Source: a virus
Direction: 5' to 3' (one strand)
Virus record (IMG/VR): IMGVR_UViG_3300042301_004349
Coordinates: 1-64,000 of that record
Length of the DNA stretch: 64,000 nt
Shown here: positions 44,902-54,924 of the stretch, in pieces
Layout: each line of letters starts with the position of its first letter
Position numbering within the stretch: position 1 is the stretch's first letter
Notes under the pieces: model-generated
Told to the model about the DNA's origin: nothing
Seen by the model: only the letters and a program-made list of their open reading frames with translations
Databases searched by the model: none
Program-made: the position numbers and the translations under genes

Positions 44902-47475
44902 CTAACCAAATTTAAAAAATTTACTTGCTTTTTCATGCATCGATGGAAAATCCCAACCCAAATCCTCATATATACCTACTAACTTATTCATTAATGTTGC
45001 TTCGAATCCCTCATCTCTATCAGCATATTGATCAATAAACTGGTTGATGAATTCTGGGTCTTTGCCTGTGAAACCAATTACATCAATTCGGTATGGGTTA
45101 TCCTTTAGTTGGATATATTTCATTTTATCACCTTCAGTGAAACATGGATATTGCTTATCTAGTTTCTTGAAGCGCAATAAATCATTATACCATATTGCTG
45201 CTTTGGTATTAATAGGACATTTTAATTTTAATGTACTAAATATCTCACCAATGCCTGGTTTACGATCAATGTATGAGGATACTTGTTTTACTCCTGTAGG
45301 TTTAGCTAGTTCAGCAATGGGGATTGTTTTAACAAGTTTCTTAAAATCAATTATTTGTTGATCAATATCTGATTTAGGTTTACCAAACATAATGTCTTGG
45401 ATCAATTTCTCCCCAAATTTAGAATACATTGGAGTCATATTTGATTTCATCAAGTCAAGACCCTTCATGTCTAGTTCATCAACAGTAACACCCTCCTTAT
45501 TTACAATATACATTGCATAACGGCGCTTACCTGCAAAGTAACCTCTTTCAATAATCACTTCCTGCTTTAATTCAAAGTAGTGAGGACGTTCTTTAACATT
45601 GAAATATTCTCTAGTTACTTTATCAATATTATCATTTGCTGCTTTTTGTATTTCTGTAGCAATTTCTAATACTGCTTTAATATATTCATCCTTAGTTTTA
45701 GTTTCAGGATAACGCTGTAACACTAAATCTTTACATTCAATAAACAATGAATCAGTATCAGAGGTAACTACATAGTCCTTATCTGTAGTGCCTAACTCTT
45801 TATTCATCCACTTGTTTACAAATTTGATTGATTCTTGTGTTACGCGTTGGCCTGTTAATGTGATTGCTTTGGATATAAGTTTATGACCATCGGTATAGCG
45901 CCAACCATTAATAGCATAGCAACCATAAACGTCATTCAATTTAATTTTATAGGCGTGTTGTCTTCTATTATAAAATTCACCTTTAACAGCATCACCTGAT
46001 TTGTATGCTTGTTTCATTAGGTTCTTATATTCAACACGTTTATTAAACCAATCAGTTAATACATCACATACTACTGATGATTTATCTGTTCTAAACATAG
46101 CACCAGATGCTGCAACTAGTATATCACCTTTTTCAATGAAACTGATAATTTGCTCTACTGTAGTTTGAGATTGGTTAGTTGTTTTATCATCTTTAAGACG
46201 CTCAATAGTAATCATTTGTTTAGGATCCATTCGTTTTAGATCACCTAATGTCCATTGATTGTCATACTTATCATTATTAACTATTCGGCCAACATATGTT
46301 TCAATGCCAATGTTAAGTGAACGTATAATTGACGGATACAGCGATGTAAAGTCCAAGTCAATAACCCATTCATAAAGTCCAGGTACTGGGTCTTTTAAGT
46401 AGCCACCAGCATATTCTTCCTTGATGTCATATAGTGCAGGACGAGTAGTAGTTGGTTTGTTTGGTGAAACTATACCTTGACGTTTTAGATATGTTAATAT
46501 AGCTCCATCATTTAACGCTGTTGATAGATAGATTTGTTCATAAGGCACATGACACAAATGACAAATAGCAATAGTTAATTCAATAAATTTAAATCGTTTT
46601 TCTAATTCAATAAGAATTTCAACGTCACGAATGTTATATTCAATGAATTTATTTATGTCCTCAGTAAATAATCTATCAAGATTACCTTCATATTCGATTT
46701 TAGATAATTTAGCATATTTCTCTCCAATATCACCTAATCGATAAGATGGTTCTTGTTTAGCGTTGTATTTTTTAAATAACAACATATAGTCCAAATGATT
46801 CAACCCTGCTAATTCTACAGGAGAATCATTTACATATTGTCCAAATTTAACTTTCTTAAGTGGAGATAAACGAATAGCTTGATTAGCTCCTAATTGGTTC
46901 TCAATTCTATAATATAAGAATGGAACGTCAAAATATTCACTATTCCAACCAGTAACAATAGTAGGATCTAATTGTTCCCACAAATTAAGAAATGCATGTA
47001 ATAAATCATGCTCATGAGGGAATGGAATAATTGCTCTACTTTCTTCATTAATAGTTTGTAACTGTTTTTTCTCATCTAGGATTAAACAATAATACTTTTT
47101 AGTAGTATTATCATAAACAGCAATAGAAGTAATTTTAGTAGGAGCACGTTTGATAAGATCAGGTGTTAATGCACCTGCAATCTCACACTCAATATCGAAA
47201 TAAACAATATTCTGCCATTCAGGGGCATCATCACTATCTCTGTATTTATCAATCAATACTGCTGTATTAGCATCTAAATCAGATTCATATAGTGAATTAT
47301 CCTTCCAATCATATTTAGTAATTGGGTTTGCTCGTTTACCATCTAATGTAGGAAATTGACCATTTGGGTCAATAATGTAGCGTGGACGATTATATTTAAA
47401 TTCGTTCCAACCAGTTTTGTCATCACGTAGATGAAATGTATAGGTAGACCTATCGTAATAAATTGCTTGATACAT
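44902..47475 (-). CDS. polB: family B DNA polymerase
   Basis: exo YFDIE, GWNSEYFD, YNIRD; pol DFTSLYPS, KIKLNDVYG, SDTDS. Confidence 0.97.
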   Translation of the reverse strand: MYQAIYYDRSTYTFHLRDDKTGWNEFKYNRPRYIIDPNGQFPTLDGKRANPITKYDWKDNSLYESDLDANTAVLIDKYRDSDDAPEWQNIVYFDIECEIAGALTPDLIKRAPTKITSIAVYDNTTKKYYCLILDEKKQLQTINEESRAIIPFPHEHDLLHAFLNLWEQLDPTIVTGWNSEYFDVPFLYYRIENQLGANQAIRLSPLKKVKFGQYVNDSPVELAGLNHLDYMLLFKKYNAKQEPSYRLGDIGEKYAKLSKIEYEGNLDRLFTEDINKFIEYNIRDVEILIELEKRFKFIELTIAICHLCHVPYEQIYLSTALNDGAILTYLKRQGIVSPNKPTTTRPALYDIKEEYAGGYLKDPVPGLYEWVIDLDFTSLYPSIIRSLNIGIETYVGRIVNNDKYDNQWTLGDLKRMDPKQMITIERLKDDKTTNQSQTTVEQIISFIEKGDILVAASGAMFRTDKSSVVCDVLTDWFNKRVEYKNLMKQAYKSGDAVKGEFYNRRQHAYKIKLNDVYGCYAINGWRYTDGHKLISKAITLTGQRVTQESIKFVNKWMNKELGTTDKDYVVTSDTDSLFIECKDLVLQRYPETKTKDEYIKAVLEIATEIQKAANDNIDKVTREYFNVKERPHYFELKQEVIIERGYFAGKRRYAMYIVNKEGVTVDELDMKGLDLMKSNMTPMYSKFGEKLIQDIMFGKPKSDIDQQIIDFKKLVKTIPIAELAKPTGVKQVSSYIDRKPGIGEIFSTLKLKCPINTKAAIWYNDLLRFKKLDKQYPCFTEGDKMKYIQLKDNPYRIDVIGFTGKDPEFINQFIDQYADRDEGFEATLMNKLVGIYEDLGWDFPSMHEKASKFFKFG

Positions 47476-47515
47476 AACTTAAATGTAAGATGGGGGTTTT
47501 GACACCCCCAATTTA

Positions 47516-48061
47516 CTATAATGAACTTCTTTGCTTATCACCCTGCCACTGCCCATTGTATTCTTCGGCAGAATCACATTCATGGAAATAAATTTGTGCT
47601 ACACGAGCATCTTTTTCAATGAATATAGTTTCATGAACATAAAGCAACGTACCCATATTTTCAGTTTCAAATCCTGGATCAAACACGGGGCTATTAATAA
47701 TTGCTCCGTTGCGATATAATGATGAACGTTGTTTAATGAATGCTACTCTATTATTAGGAATTTTGCAACCTTCGTGGAATGTAATATCATATACACCTTC
47801 ATACAACAACCAACCTTCATCTCCATCTAACCTAATAGGATCAACTGGAGTGTATTCTGTTAGTTCGGTTTTGGATTTTAAGACTTTACCAATTTTGTTA
47901 CTCTTTTTGTTTAGAATTCCTCCCTTTCCATTTTCAACATACTGCATTCCCACTTTATTTACTGATTTAAGGGATAAATCGTAACCAACTTGTGCAGGTT
48001 TGCCTTTTGTGTTTTCTAACTTAAGTAATCCTTGTTCAAGGATTTGTTCAGCGTTTAACAT
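47516..48061 (-). CDS. trimeric dUTPase / dCTP deaminase family
   Basis: GYDL, QRSSL, FDPGF, RVAQ, YNGQWQ. Confidence 0.88.
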   Translation of the reverse strand: MLNAEQILEQGLLKLENTKGKPAQVGYDLSLKSVNKVGMQYVENGKGGILNKKSNKIGKVLKSKTELTEYTPVDPIRLDGDEGWLLYEGVYDITFHEGCKIPNNRVAFIKQRSSLYRNGAIINSPVFDPGFETENMGTLLYVHETIFIEKDARVAQIYFHECDSAEEYNGQWQGDKQRSSL

Positions 48062-48065
48062 AACT

Positions 48066-48248
48066 TTATTTTATTTTTTTAGACTCTACGTATTTTGCTT
48101 TTAATATTTCAGCTCTACGTTTAACTGATGGTTTTGTGAATGTTTGTCTTTCGCGTAATTCTTCAACAATACCCATTTTACTATGTTTGTTTTTGTATTG
48201 TTTTAATACTTGCTCAATAGGTTTATTACGTGCGTCGATTATAATCAT
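48066..48248 (-). CDS. rpsU: ribosomal protein bS21
   Basis: IEQVLKQYKNK...ELRERQTFTKPSVKRRAEILKAKY. Confidence 0.9.
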   Translation of the reverse strand: MIIIDARNKPIEQVLKQYKNKHSKMGIVEELRERQTFTKPSVKRRAEILKAKYVESKKIK

Positions 48249-48261
48249 ACAGATAAATATA

Positions 48262-48423
48262 TTAAAGTTCCTCTACAATTCCTAATATTTCTGCTAATCC
48301 TAATAGGATTGCAGTATCCACGAACATTTGATTAAATAAAAACCAACAAGCTGTCAGTCTTAATGCGCTTTTGAATAAACTTATCCAAAAGTGTGTGTTT
48401 GTTTTACTCTCCTTTGGCTGCAT
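48262..48423 (-). CDS. small membrane protein (53 aa, below track cutoff)
   Basis: hand translation ...HFWISLFKSALRL...LAEILGIVEEL*. Confidence 0.65.
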   Translation of the reverse strand: MQPKESKTNTHFWISLFKSALRLTACWFLFNQMFVDTAILLGLAEILGIVEEL

Positions 48424-48817
48424 AGTCTGCTATTGTTTTTGAATCAGCTCTTTCCCATGGATATACAATCCATTCATCTTCAACTACTTCATGAAAGAAT
48501 GTAGGTTGAACTGATGCTGTTAATTTAGTATGAATTGTTGTAAATGGGATTCCATATTTCCAATAATTGTACATTGTAGTTCCAGAATCACAAATATCAT
48601 CAACAACTAGTGTTGTATTATTTATTACCATTCCTGGTTTAAATAATGGGATACTTAATTTATGAGATAGCATTACCATAGGAATTAATCCTCCTCTAGG
48701 CATACCATAAACATGTTTAATATCATAATTGCTGGATAGTATTTGAGCCGCTATATTTTCTATAGCGGCATCAATGTACTCCCAAGTAATAAACCTTTTA
48801 TTAGAATTTTGCTCCAT
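48404..48817 (-). CDS. purine phosphoribosyltransferase (Gpt-like)
   Basis: GMPRGGL, LVVDDICDSGTT, WIVYPWE. Confidence 0.9.
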   Translation of the reverse strand: MEQNSNKRFITWEYIDAAIENIAAQILSSNYDIKHVYGMPRGGLIPMVMLSHKLSIPLFKPGMVINNTTLVVDDICDSGTTMYNYWKYGIPFTTIHTKLTASVQPTFFHEVVEDEWIVYPWERADSKTIADYAAKGE

Positions 48818-49433
48818 TTACTTCAATTGCATGTAAGAATTCTTCTCTAATTAAATTATCTTTCTCCATAAACACACCACTAAATTTATTTGTAGTCATT
48901 ACAGAACCATGTTTAATACCTCTGTGTGAGCAACAAGTATGTTTACAAGCAATACTAACTGCTACTGATTCACACTGCATTTTATCTGCAACATAATCGT
49001 GAATTTGTGTTGTTAATGATTCTTGCATTTGTGGTCTACGACCAAACCATTCAACAATACGATTCAATTTACTCAAACCAATAACATTTTCAGCAGGAAC
49101 ATATGCTACGGTAGCATAACCTGTAAATGCTAAATTGTGGTGAGCACACATACTAACAATAGGAATACCTGATTGAATTACTAACCCATCGTATCCTTCA
49201 TCATTAGGGAATACTGTAATATTTGGCTCGTCAGTAACAGAACCTACAATTAGATCTTTCAACCATGCCTTAGCAACACGACGAGGTGTATCTACTGTTT
49301 GACGATCTGCTTTATAATCGAATCCAACTGCTGTAAGGAACTGAGCGTATGCTGCAGATGCATTTTCGATCATTTGCTCAATTTCTTCTGGTGTACGAGC
49401 TAGATTACCATTTGATTTTTCTAATAATTTCAT
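48801..49433 (-). CDS. folE: GTP cyclohydrolase I
   Basis: TPRRVAK, SMCAHH, GLSKLNR, QMQESLT, HTCCSHRG. Confidence 0.96.
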   Translation of the reverse strand: MKLLEKSNGNLARTPEEIEQMIENASAAYAQFLTAVGFDYKADRQTVDTPRRVAKAWLKDLIVGSVTDEPNITVFPNDEGYDGLVIQSGIPIVSMCAHHNLAFTGYATVAYVPAENVIGLSKLNRIVEWFGRRPQMQESLTTQIHDYVADKMQCESVAVSIACKHTCCSHRGIKHGSVMTTNKFSGVFMEKDNLIREEFLHAIEVNGAKF

Positions 49434-49531
49434 ATTATTTTAATTTATTAATTTGTCTAATCATGTTTACAGCACCAAATGCTGATAGTATTGCTATTAC
49501 AATATAACCTCCAATAATTAATTCTTCCATA

Positions 49532-50362
49532 TTATACGTTTAATGTTTTATTCCAAGCAGCAATATGCAGTCTTGTCAAACCACGGAAACGATATTTTTT
49601 AGCCATTTCCAAACAGAATTGAGTACGCTCCTCAAACTCAGCAGCATCATCTAAACCAGGCATACAAACAACGTTTTTAAGTGGTATATTAAATGGTACT
49701 ACAAAGTCACGGAATAATTCTTGTACATCTTCTTCTGTACTAATAACGAACTTAAATTGGTAGTTTGAATGTTCCATAATGCGACTAATAGCAGCGGGAA
49801 CAATACGTTGCTTCTCAGTCATACCTGAGTTAGCTAACTTAGGTGAGCAATTAATTTGGTCTAACTGACTGAATAATTCATCTCCAATATAAATTGTACC
49901 ATTTGTTTCAATTTCACTATATGGAGTAATTGAAGTATCTAATTTATACCAGTAATATAGGAAATTACAAATTGCCTCTTGATGTCCCTTAATTGTAGGC
50001 TCACCACCAGTCCAAATAATATGAATATTACCATCTTTAATATCATCATAAACATCCTGTTCTTTCCAACGATCAATTAGATATTGAAAATCTTTATCTT
50101 CACCTCTCCACAACCACTGGCTTGTAGAATCACAAGTCCAAGTTGCTTTACCTTCAGCATGAAGGTCACCAACGAATATTTCTCCATCTTCTAATGTTTG
50201 TTCTTTCATTAACTTGTTGGTAAACATTCTGCTCATACCACAGGTAAGATTACAAACACCAAGACGGACAAAGTAAGAAGGAACTCCAGAAGAAATACCT
50301 TCACCCTGCACACTGTAAAAATCACTACTGATTAGTAGTTTATTTGGATCAATTTTGCTCAT
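49532..50362 (-). CDS. queE: 7-carboxy-7-deazaguanine synthase (radical SAM)
   Basis: FYSVQGEG, CNLTC...CD with insertion, TGGEP, IETNGT, SPKL, RLH. Confidence 0.92.
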   Translation of the reverse strand: MSKIDPNKLLISSDFYSVQGEGISSGVPSYFVRLGVCNLTCGMSRMFTNKLMKEQTLEDGEIFVGDLHAEGKATWTCDSTSQWLWRGEDKDFQYLIDRWKEQDVYDDIKDGNIHIIWTGGEPTIKGHQEAICNFLYYWYKLDTSITPYSEIETNGTIYIGDELFSQLDQINCSPKLANSGMTEKQRIVPAAISRIMEHSNYQFKFVISTEEDVQELFRDFVVPFNIPLKNVVCMPGLDDAAEFEERTQFCLEMAKKYRFRGLTRLHIAAWNKTLNV

Positions 50363-50482
50363 TTAAATATTGTTTTTATATAATTGAATATAGGACTAAA
50401 ATTATGCCATTCCAAGATTATAAACATAATGCTTGGATGTCTATCTCCACAAAGTCCTAATACATGGATTATTTCGTGCATG

Positions 50483-51328
50483 TTATAATGATTTAATATA
50501 TTGTTCTAATCTATCTTCTGGTTGCCATCCCAATCTTTGGGTAGCATCCTTATTTTTTCTTAGTGTTTTTCTGTAATTACCTTTTTCATCCTTCATATAG
50601 ACTTTTACACAGTAAAATTTATTTATAAACATCTCAGCAACTTCATTTATAGAATAATTTTTACCAGTTCCTAACTCCCAAGCATCTTCATGCTTTTCAT
50701 CATTGAAGGCTACTCTAATTAAACCGTCTACAATATCGTCAACATGAGTAAAATCTCTTCTTTGTTCACCATCACCTACTATTGTTATGGGATAATTTTT
50801 TGCTACTTGTCCTCTCCACCTTCCTATAACTGCGGCCCAATCTCCTTCTAAAATTTCGTTTGGTCCATACACATTATAAAACCGTACAATTTCTGCATTT
50901 AAGCCAAAGGATTGTTTATACATCTTAACAATTTCTTCTCCCATGTGTTTAAAAGCAGCATAAGGGGATTGATAAGGATTATGCCATCTAGAAGAAGAAC
51001 CAGAATAAATAACCTTAGCACCTATTTCATTTGCAAATTTACATACACTTAGAGTACCTTGAGTATTAACTCTAAAAGTTTCTTCTGGGTTTAGAAATGA
51101 AGGTTGGATTCTGCTTAGTGCTGCTAAATGGAAAATTAAATCAAAATCTTTATCCATTAAACCAACACTCTCAATATCACCATAGTAATAATAACAACCT
51201 GGTGTTTCATTTTCTTTTAATCCTATAGAAAGATCATCCAATGAACTGACATTGTATCCTTCTTCTAATAATCTTTTAATAAGATTACTTCCTATAAATC
51301 CATTTCCTCCAGTTACTAATATTTTCAT
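50483..51328 (-). CDS. NAD-dependent nucleotide-sugar epimerase/dehydratase
   Basis: TGGNGFIG, YAAFK, RFYNVYGP, RDFTHV. Confidence 0.92.
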   Translation of the reverse strand: MKILVTGGNGFIGSNLIKRLLEEGYNVSSLDDLSIGLKENETPGCYYYYGDIESVGLMDKDFDLIFHLAALSRIQPSFLNPEETFRVNTQGTLSVCKFANEIGAKVIYSGSSSRWHNPYQSPYAAFKHMGEEIVKMYKQSFGLNAEIVRFYNVYGPNEILEGDWAAVIGRWRGQVAKNYPITIVGDGEQRRDFTHVDDIVDGLIRVAFNDEKHEDAWELGTGKNYSINEVAEMFINKFYCVKVYMKDEKGNYRKTLRKNKDATQRLGWQPEDRLEQYIKSL

Positions 51329-51348
51329 GGTTGTATAATACACAAATT

Positions 51349-51380
51349 AAAAAACATCCACCTTTTTAGGGGTGGATGTT
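51349..51380 (-). terminator. intrinsic terminator
   Basis: AACATCCACC-CCTAAAAA-GGTGGATGTT-TTTT. Confidence 0.85.
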
Positions 51381-51390
51381 AAGGAGTGAA

Positions 51391-51627
51391 TTAAGCTTCT
51401 GCTAATTCAGTGTTTTTCATGCGACGACGAGTCAAGTTATACATTGCGTTTGCAATTGTATTGTTTACTCTACGTCTGAAGGATGTAATGTTAGACAAAT
51501 GGCTAACAGAATAACCTGTTTCTTCAGATAATCTTGTCAAATCACCAATACGTTGACGGTGAGTGAAGAATGACAATTTTGCTGTGCGGTTTAAGTAGTT
51601 TGCACGTACTTTAGTTTGATAACTCAT
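51391..51627 (-). CDS. small basic HTH DNA-binding protein
   Basis: GDLTRLSEETGYSVSHLSN. Confidence 0.7.
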   Translation of the reverse strand: MSYQTKVRANYLNRTAKLSFFTHRQRIGDLTRLSEETGYSVSHLSNITSFRRRVNNTIANAMYNLTRRRMKNTELAEA

Positions 51628-51646
51628 AACTATATTTGATTTTTGT

Positions 51647-52522
51647 TTACGAATTGTGTTCAGCTAATACTTTTTCCACATGAGCCTTAGCTACTTCCCA
51701 TGTTACGGGTCCTGTTTCGTCAGCATATGCTACAGGATCAGGACGTCCTAATTTAATGAATGCTTCAATACGCTCTACTGATGCAGCTGATTTATAATCA
51801 CTAAACCAAGCTGTATAACTTACTCTATCATCTACTTTTATAGAATGTATCATCGGTTTATAAGATGTATTTGTACGAGCATATACTTCATCAAAATTGA
51901 GACCCAAGATATCACAAGATTTTTGCCCATCCTCTAGAATATCAAATTTATTAACTTCAAGATATGGGGTATAATGATATACTAAATCAGCGTCCCAATT
52001 ACCTGCTTTAAATGCTTCAAAATCAACATCACGGAACTCTTGTCTGCAATCAGGATAAATTGCATGATCACCAGCATGGATTCCCATTGCAATGGCTACT
52101 GGTTGTCCTACAGTGCAATCTTCTCCAATATTTTTAGTTGCAACTGATAATGCTACAGCCTGGATTAATGATGAGAATATTTTGTTTCTATTAGGTACAA
52201 CTGTTTCTTTCATGTTGTCCTGTTCGTAATGTCCTTCAGGAACATCACTACCACCAGTTACTAAAGATGAATTTAATAGTTGAGATAAACCATCCAATTT
52301 AATAATTTGAAAGTTTACTTTACATCCATTAAAACAACTTTCATTTTTAGGGCACGTTTCATTAATGTACTCTACTAATGATGTAGCACGCTCTAATTCT
52401 ACTTTGTGTTTTTGACCATAGTCAAATCCTAATGCTGTTACTTGATAGCCGTTAGCTAATAGGTGTAACAATAATGAACTACTGTCCATTCCACCTGACA
52501 GTGATAATACTGCTTGTTTCAT
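51647..52522 (-). CDS. queC: 7-cyano-7-deazaguanine synthase
   Basis: SLSGGMDS, FDYGQKH, VPNRN, YPDCR; C-terminal Zn cysteines replaced (SY...SAASVER). Confidence 0.93.
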   Translation of the reverse strand: MKQAVLSLSGGMDSSSLLLHLLANGYQVTALGFDYGQKHKVELERATSLVEYINETCPKNESCFNGCKVNFQIIKLDGLSQLLNSSLVTGGSDVPEGHYEQDNMKETVVPNRNKIFSSLIQAVALSVATKNIGEDCTVGQPVAIAMGIHAGDHAIYPDCRQEFRDVDFEAFKAGNWDADLVYHYTPYLEVNKFDILEDGQKSCDILGLNFDEVYARTNTSYKPMIHSIKVDDRVSYTAWFSDYKSAASVERIEAFIKLGRPDPVAYADETGPVTWEVAKAHVEKVLAEHNS

Positions 52523-52541
52523 AGATAATTTTTATTTGTTT

Positions 52542-52585
52542 GGGATTGTATTTATTTATTAAACGCTTACTCCCGTTTAAGCGTT
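52542..52585 (-). promoter_or_regulatory. candidate H-type pseudoknot in queC leader
   Basis: AACGCTTA-AACGGGAG-TAAGCGTT, A-rich linker, TCCC complementary to loop GGGA. Confidence 0.45.
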
Positions 52586-52789
52586 ATCAAACAATGCTTT
52601 GATTTTAAAGAATTGATCTAGAAATGGTTTTTCATAAATGAAAATAATACCATTTTTATAAGGTGAGTGAGCAATAACCTTAGTACTACGTCTTGCTCCT
52701 ACAAGACTAGCATATTCTGCTACTTGTTTTCCTAGACGAGAACCTGCTGGTTTGCCTAGATAATCATAAAGTGAAATCATTAGTTGCAT
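52577..52789 (-). CDS. conserved small phage protein
   Basis: SLYDYLGKPAG..LGKQV...FLDQFF. Confidence 0.7.
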   Translation of the reverse strand: MQLMISLYDYLGKPAGSRLGKQVAEYASLVGARRSTKVIAHSPYKNGIIFIYEKPFLDQFFKIKALFDNA

Positions 52790-52794
52790 AACTT

Positions 52795-53580
52795 TTATTT
52801 TATAAATTTTCTAAATTGTTGTACGTTAAATGTAATATCTTCAACCTGCCCACTCAAATCTTTCTCAAAATAATGCTCTAGTTTTTCTTTTGGTTTCCAG
52901 GTCAAACCACTATCAGTGTATCTCTGTCCTTCAGCACCAACTAAAATAGGATTAGACGTATCCACTGATTTAACAAATGTCCAATCTTTATATGACATAA
53001 ATTCTTGTGGTAATGAACATCCTAATAAATGATGATAATGAGATTTTCTAATGGTATTAGACGCAACTAAACGTCTAATAAATTCCATTCTACCATACAT
53101 TGCTGCTTTTAAATGATCCATTCCTTCATATTCTTTCTGATATGCAATACTTGAATGGTTAAAAGCAATATGAGTATAACCTAAGTCTACTAATGTTTGA
53201 TATGTTGTTATTAATTCACCCATATCTTGTCCCTGACACACTGCCATTAAGTTAACACCTTCTGGTAGGTTTGGCTTATGGTTTATCATCCAACTTTTAG
53301 CATTAACTAGAGTTGTTGTTGAATCATTCCAGGCATCAGGTACAATGAATATATCTGGTTTTATTAATTCAATTTTAGACAATAGATCCTCTGTTGTATG
53401 AACTACTCCTTCAAATAGACCATTATCACATATTATAAACCGTTTATCTTTTCTAGATTTTTCAAAAAATAACTTATATTGATCGTATTGATCAATTAAA
53501 TGTGGTAAGCAATAATCATAATCATTCCATTTGTATGCGTTATGCATCAATGCTAATGGTAATTCATGACTAATTTTCAT
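52795..53580 (-). CDS. TGT/DpdA-like 7-deazaguanine transglycosylase
   Basis: ICDNGLFE, IVPD, AVCQG, HHLLG, SVDTS motifs of the TGT barrel; lies between queD and queC. Confidence 0.7.
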   Translation of the reverse strand: MKISHELPLALMHNAYKWNDYDYCLPHLIDQYDQYKLFFEKSRKDKRFIICDNGLFEGVVHTTEDLLSKIELIKPDIFIVPDAWNDSTTTLVNAKSWMINHKPNLPEGVNLMAVCQGQDMGELITTYQTLVDLGYTHIAFNHSSIAYQKEYEGMDHLKAAMYGRMEFIRRLVASNTIRKSHYHHLLGCSLPQEFMSYKDWTFVKSVDTSNPILVGAEGQRYTDSGLTWKPKEKLEHYFEKDLSGQVEDITFNVQQFRKFIK

Positions 53581-53857
53581 AATGATGTAATTTAGCTTTT
53601 AATTTATCTATTCTAATTTGACAATACCATTTTCCTAACCAACTAGAAGCATTTTTGTATCTTTCTTCCCAATATTTGATTTCTTTATTAATAGGTTTAT
53701 TGAATTTTTCAAGTATATCAATATCATAATAGCTATTATTTTCTAACATAGCTTCTTCCCAATACCCTTCAGTATAATGGGGGTGTTGTTGTTCATATTC
53801 TTCACGAAGTATTTTACGACGTGCTTTTTCTAGATTTTTTTCAAGTTTCTTACTCAT
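53570..53857 (-). CDS. hypothetical protein
   Basis: packed ORF inside que cluster. Confidence 0.6.
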   Translation of the reverse strand: MSKKLEKNLEKARRKILREEYEQQHPHYTEGYWEEAMLENNSYYDIDILEKFNKPINKEIKYWEERYKNASSWLGKWYCQIRIDKLKAKLHHYEN

Positions 53858-54311
53858 ATATGGCAGTATTTTTAGCGTGTTCCATGAATTCTACTCTCAC
53901 AACACTAACTCTACCACTAGTTTCTTCCTGAACAAATGTATTTAGTTTTTCAAAGACATATTTTGCAAATTGTTCTGCACCTGTAGCCGGGATTACTCTT
54001 AATTGAATGATTCCTAAATCATTCATTGTTTTAAATCCACCTAATGCAGGATCATCTTCAGCTACTATTGTTGTATGATCAAACATATAATCCATCCATG
54101 CTTTTGGGTTCATACCATCGATATTACCTTTGGCACGTTTCATACCACCAAAATCCCAAACCCAATTTCGTTCGTCTAATTCACCTTCGAACCATACTCT
54201 AAACGATACACCATAACCATGAAGGAACCTACAATGAGTACCTTCTGCTTTCCATTGACGGAACACTGTGCTAAAACCGTCAAACAACTTTGTTGATTGA
54301 TACTTTGCCAT
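53850..54311 (-). CDS. queD: 6-carboxytetrahydropterin synthase
   Basis: CRFLHGY, WVWDFG, FDHT, GAEQFA, EHAKN. Confidence 0.9.
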   Translation of the reverse strand: MAKYQSTKLFDGFSTVFRQWKAEGTHCRFLHGYGVSFRVWFEGELDERNWVWDFGGMKRAKGNIDGMNPKAWMDYMFDHTTIVAEDDPALGGFKTMNDLGIIQLRVIPATGAEQFAKYVFEKLNTFVQEETSGRVSVVRVEFMEHAKNTAIYE

Positions 54312-54312
54312 A

Positions 54313-54546
54313 TTATTTATCTTTTTTTATTGTGATATTTGATCTGAATAAGATACCTGCCATTAGATTTAATCCACATGCTTCCCAGAATCCAATATAT
54401 CTTAATCCAAAAATACTTGGCATTAATTGGTTCCATAAAAATTGTAAAGGTAATCCAAACAGCAATGCTGCTAGAATTAATAATGCTACAATGTAAAATA
54501 CTTGTCCTATTGGTTTCATATCGTTATTCATTTTCTGTTCCTTCAT
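54313..54546 (-). CDS. small membrane protein
   Basis: LWNQLMPSIFGL..IGFWEA motif. Confidence 0.7.
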   Translation of the reverse strand: MKEQKMNNDMKPIGQVFYIVALLILAALLFGLPLQFLWNQLMPSIFGLRYIGFWEACGLNLMAGILFRSNITIKKDK

Positions 54547-54727
54547 TATTTAATTCATCTAATTCTTCTTGATTTACCATTCTCCAGTTTTTATCATCAT
54601 CAATAATGCTATAAACCTGATCCATAATTTCTTCTAACTCTTTAGTTAGTAAAGCAACATCAACATTATCTTCTGTTAATTGAGTTTGGATTTGCTCTGC
54701 TCTATTTAGTAATTCTATTAAGTTCAT
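54524..54727 (-). CDS. small acidic helical protein
   Basis: packed ORF. Confidence 0.6.
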   Translation of the reverse strand: MNLIELLNRAEQIQTQLTEDNVDVALLTKELEEIMDQVYSIIDDDKNWRMVNQEELDELNNEGTENE

Positions 54728-54924
54728 TTTTTCTTATTTGGAGTGAATTTAAGTATTTCCTCTGACAATACCACTCTTCCTTTGGTATTTCTTGGTTCAT
54801 AGGGGCAGTGTCTACATTGATCACCACAGCAACTACCTCTATTAATGTGGAAGAGCGCAGTAAAAATTACGCGCTCTCCCTCCACATAATAATCAATTTC
54901 GTTTTTTAATTGTTTAGGCTTCAC
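54724..54924 (-). CDS. Cys-rich small protein (DUF5522-like)
   Basis: FTALFHINRGSCCGDQCRHCPY. Confidence 0.75.
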   Translation of the reverse strand: MKPKQLKNEIDYYVEGERVIFTALFHINRGSCCGDQCRHCPYEPRNTKGRVVLSEEILKFTPNKKK

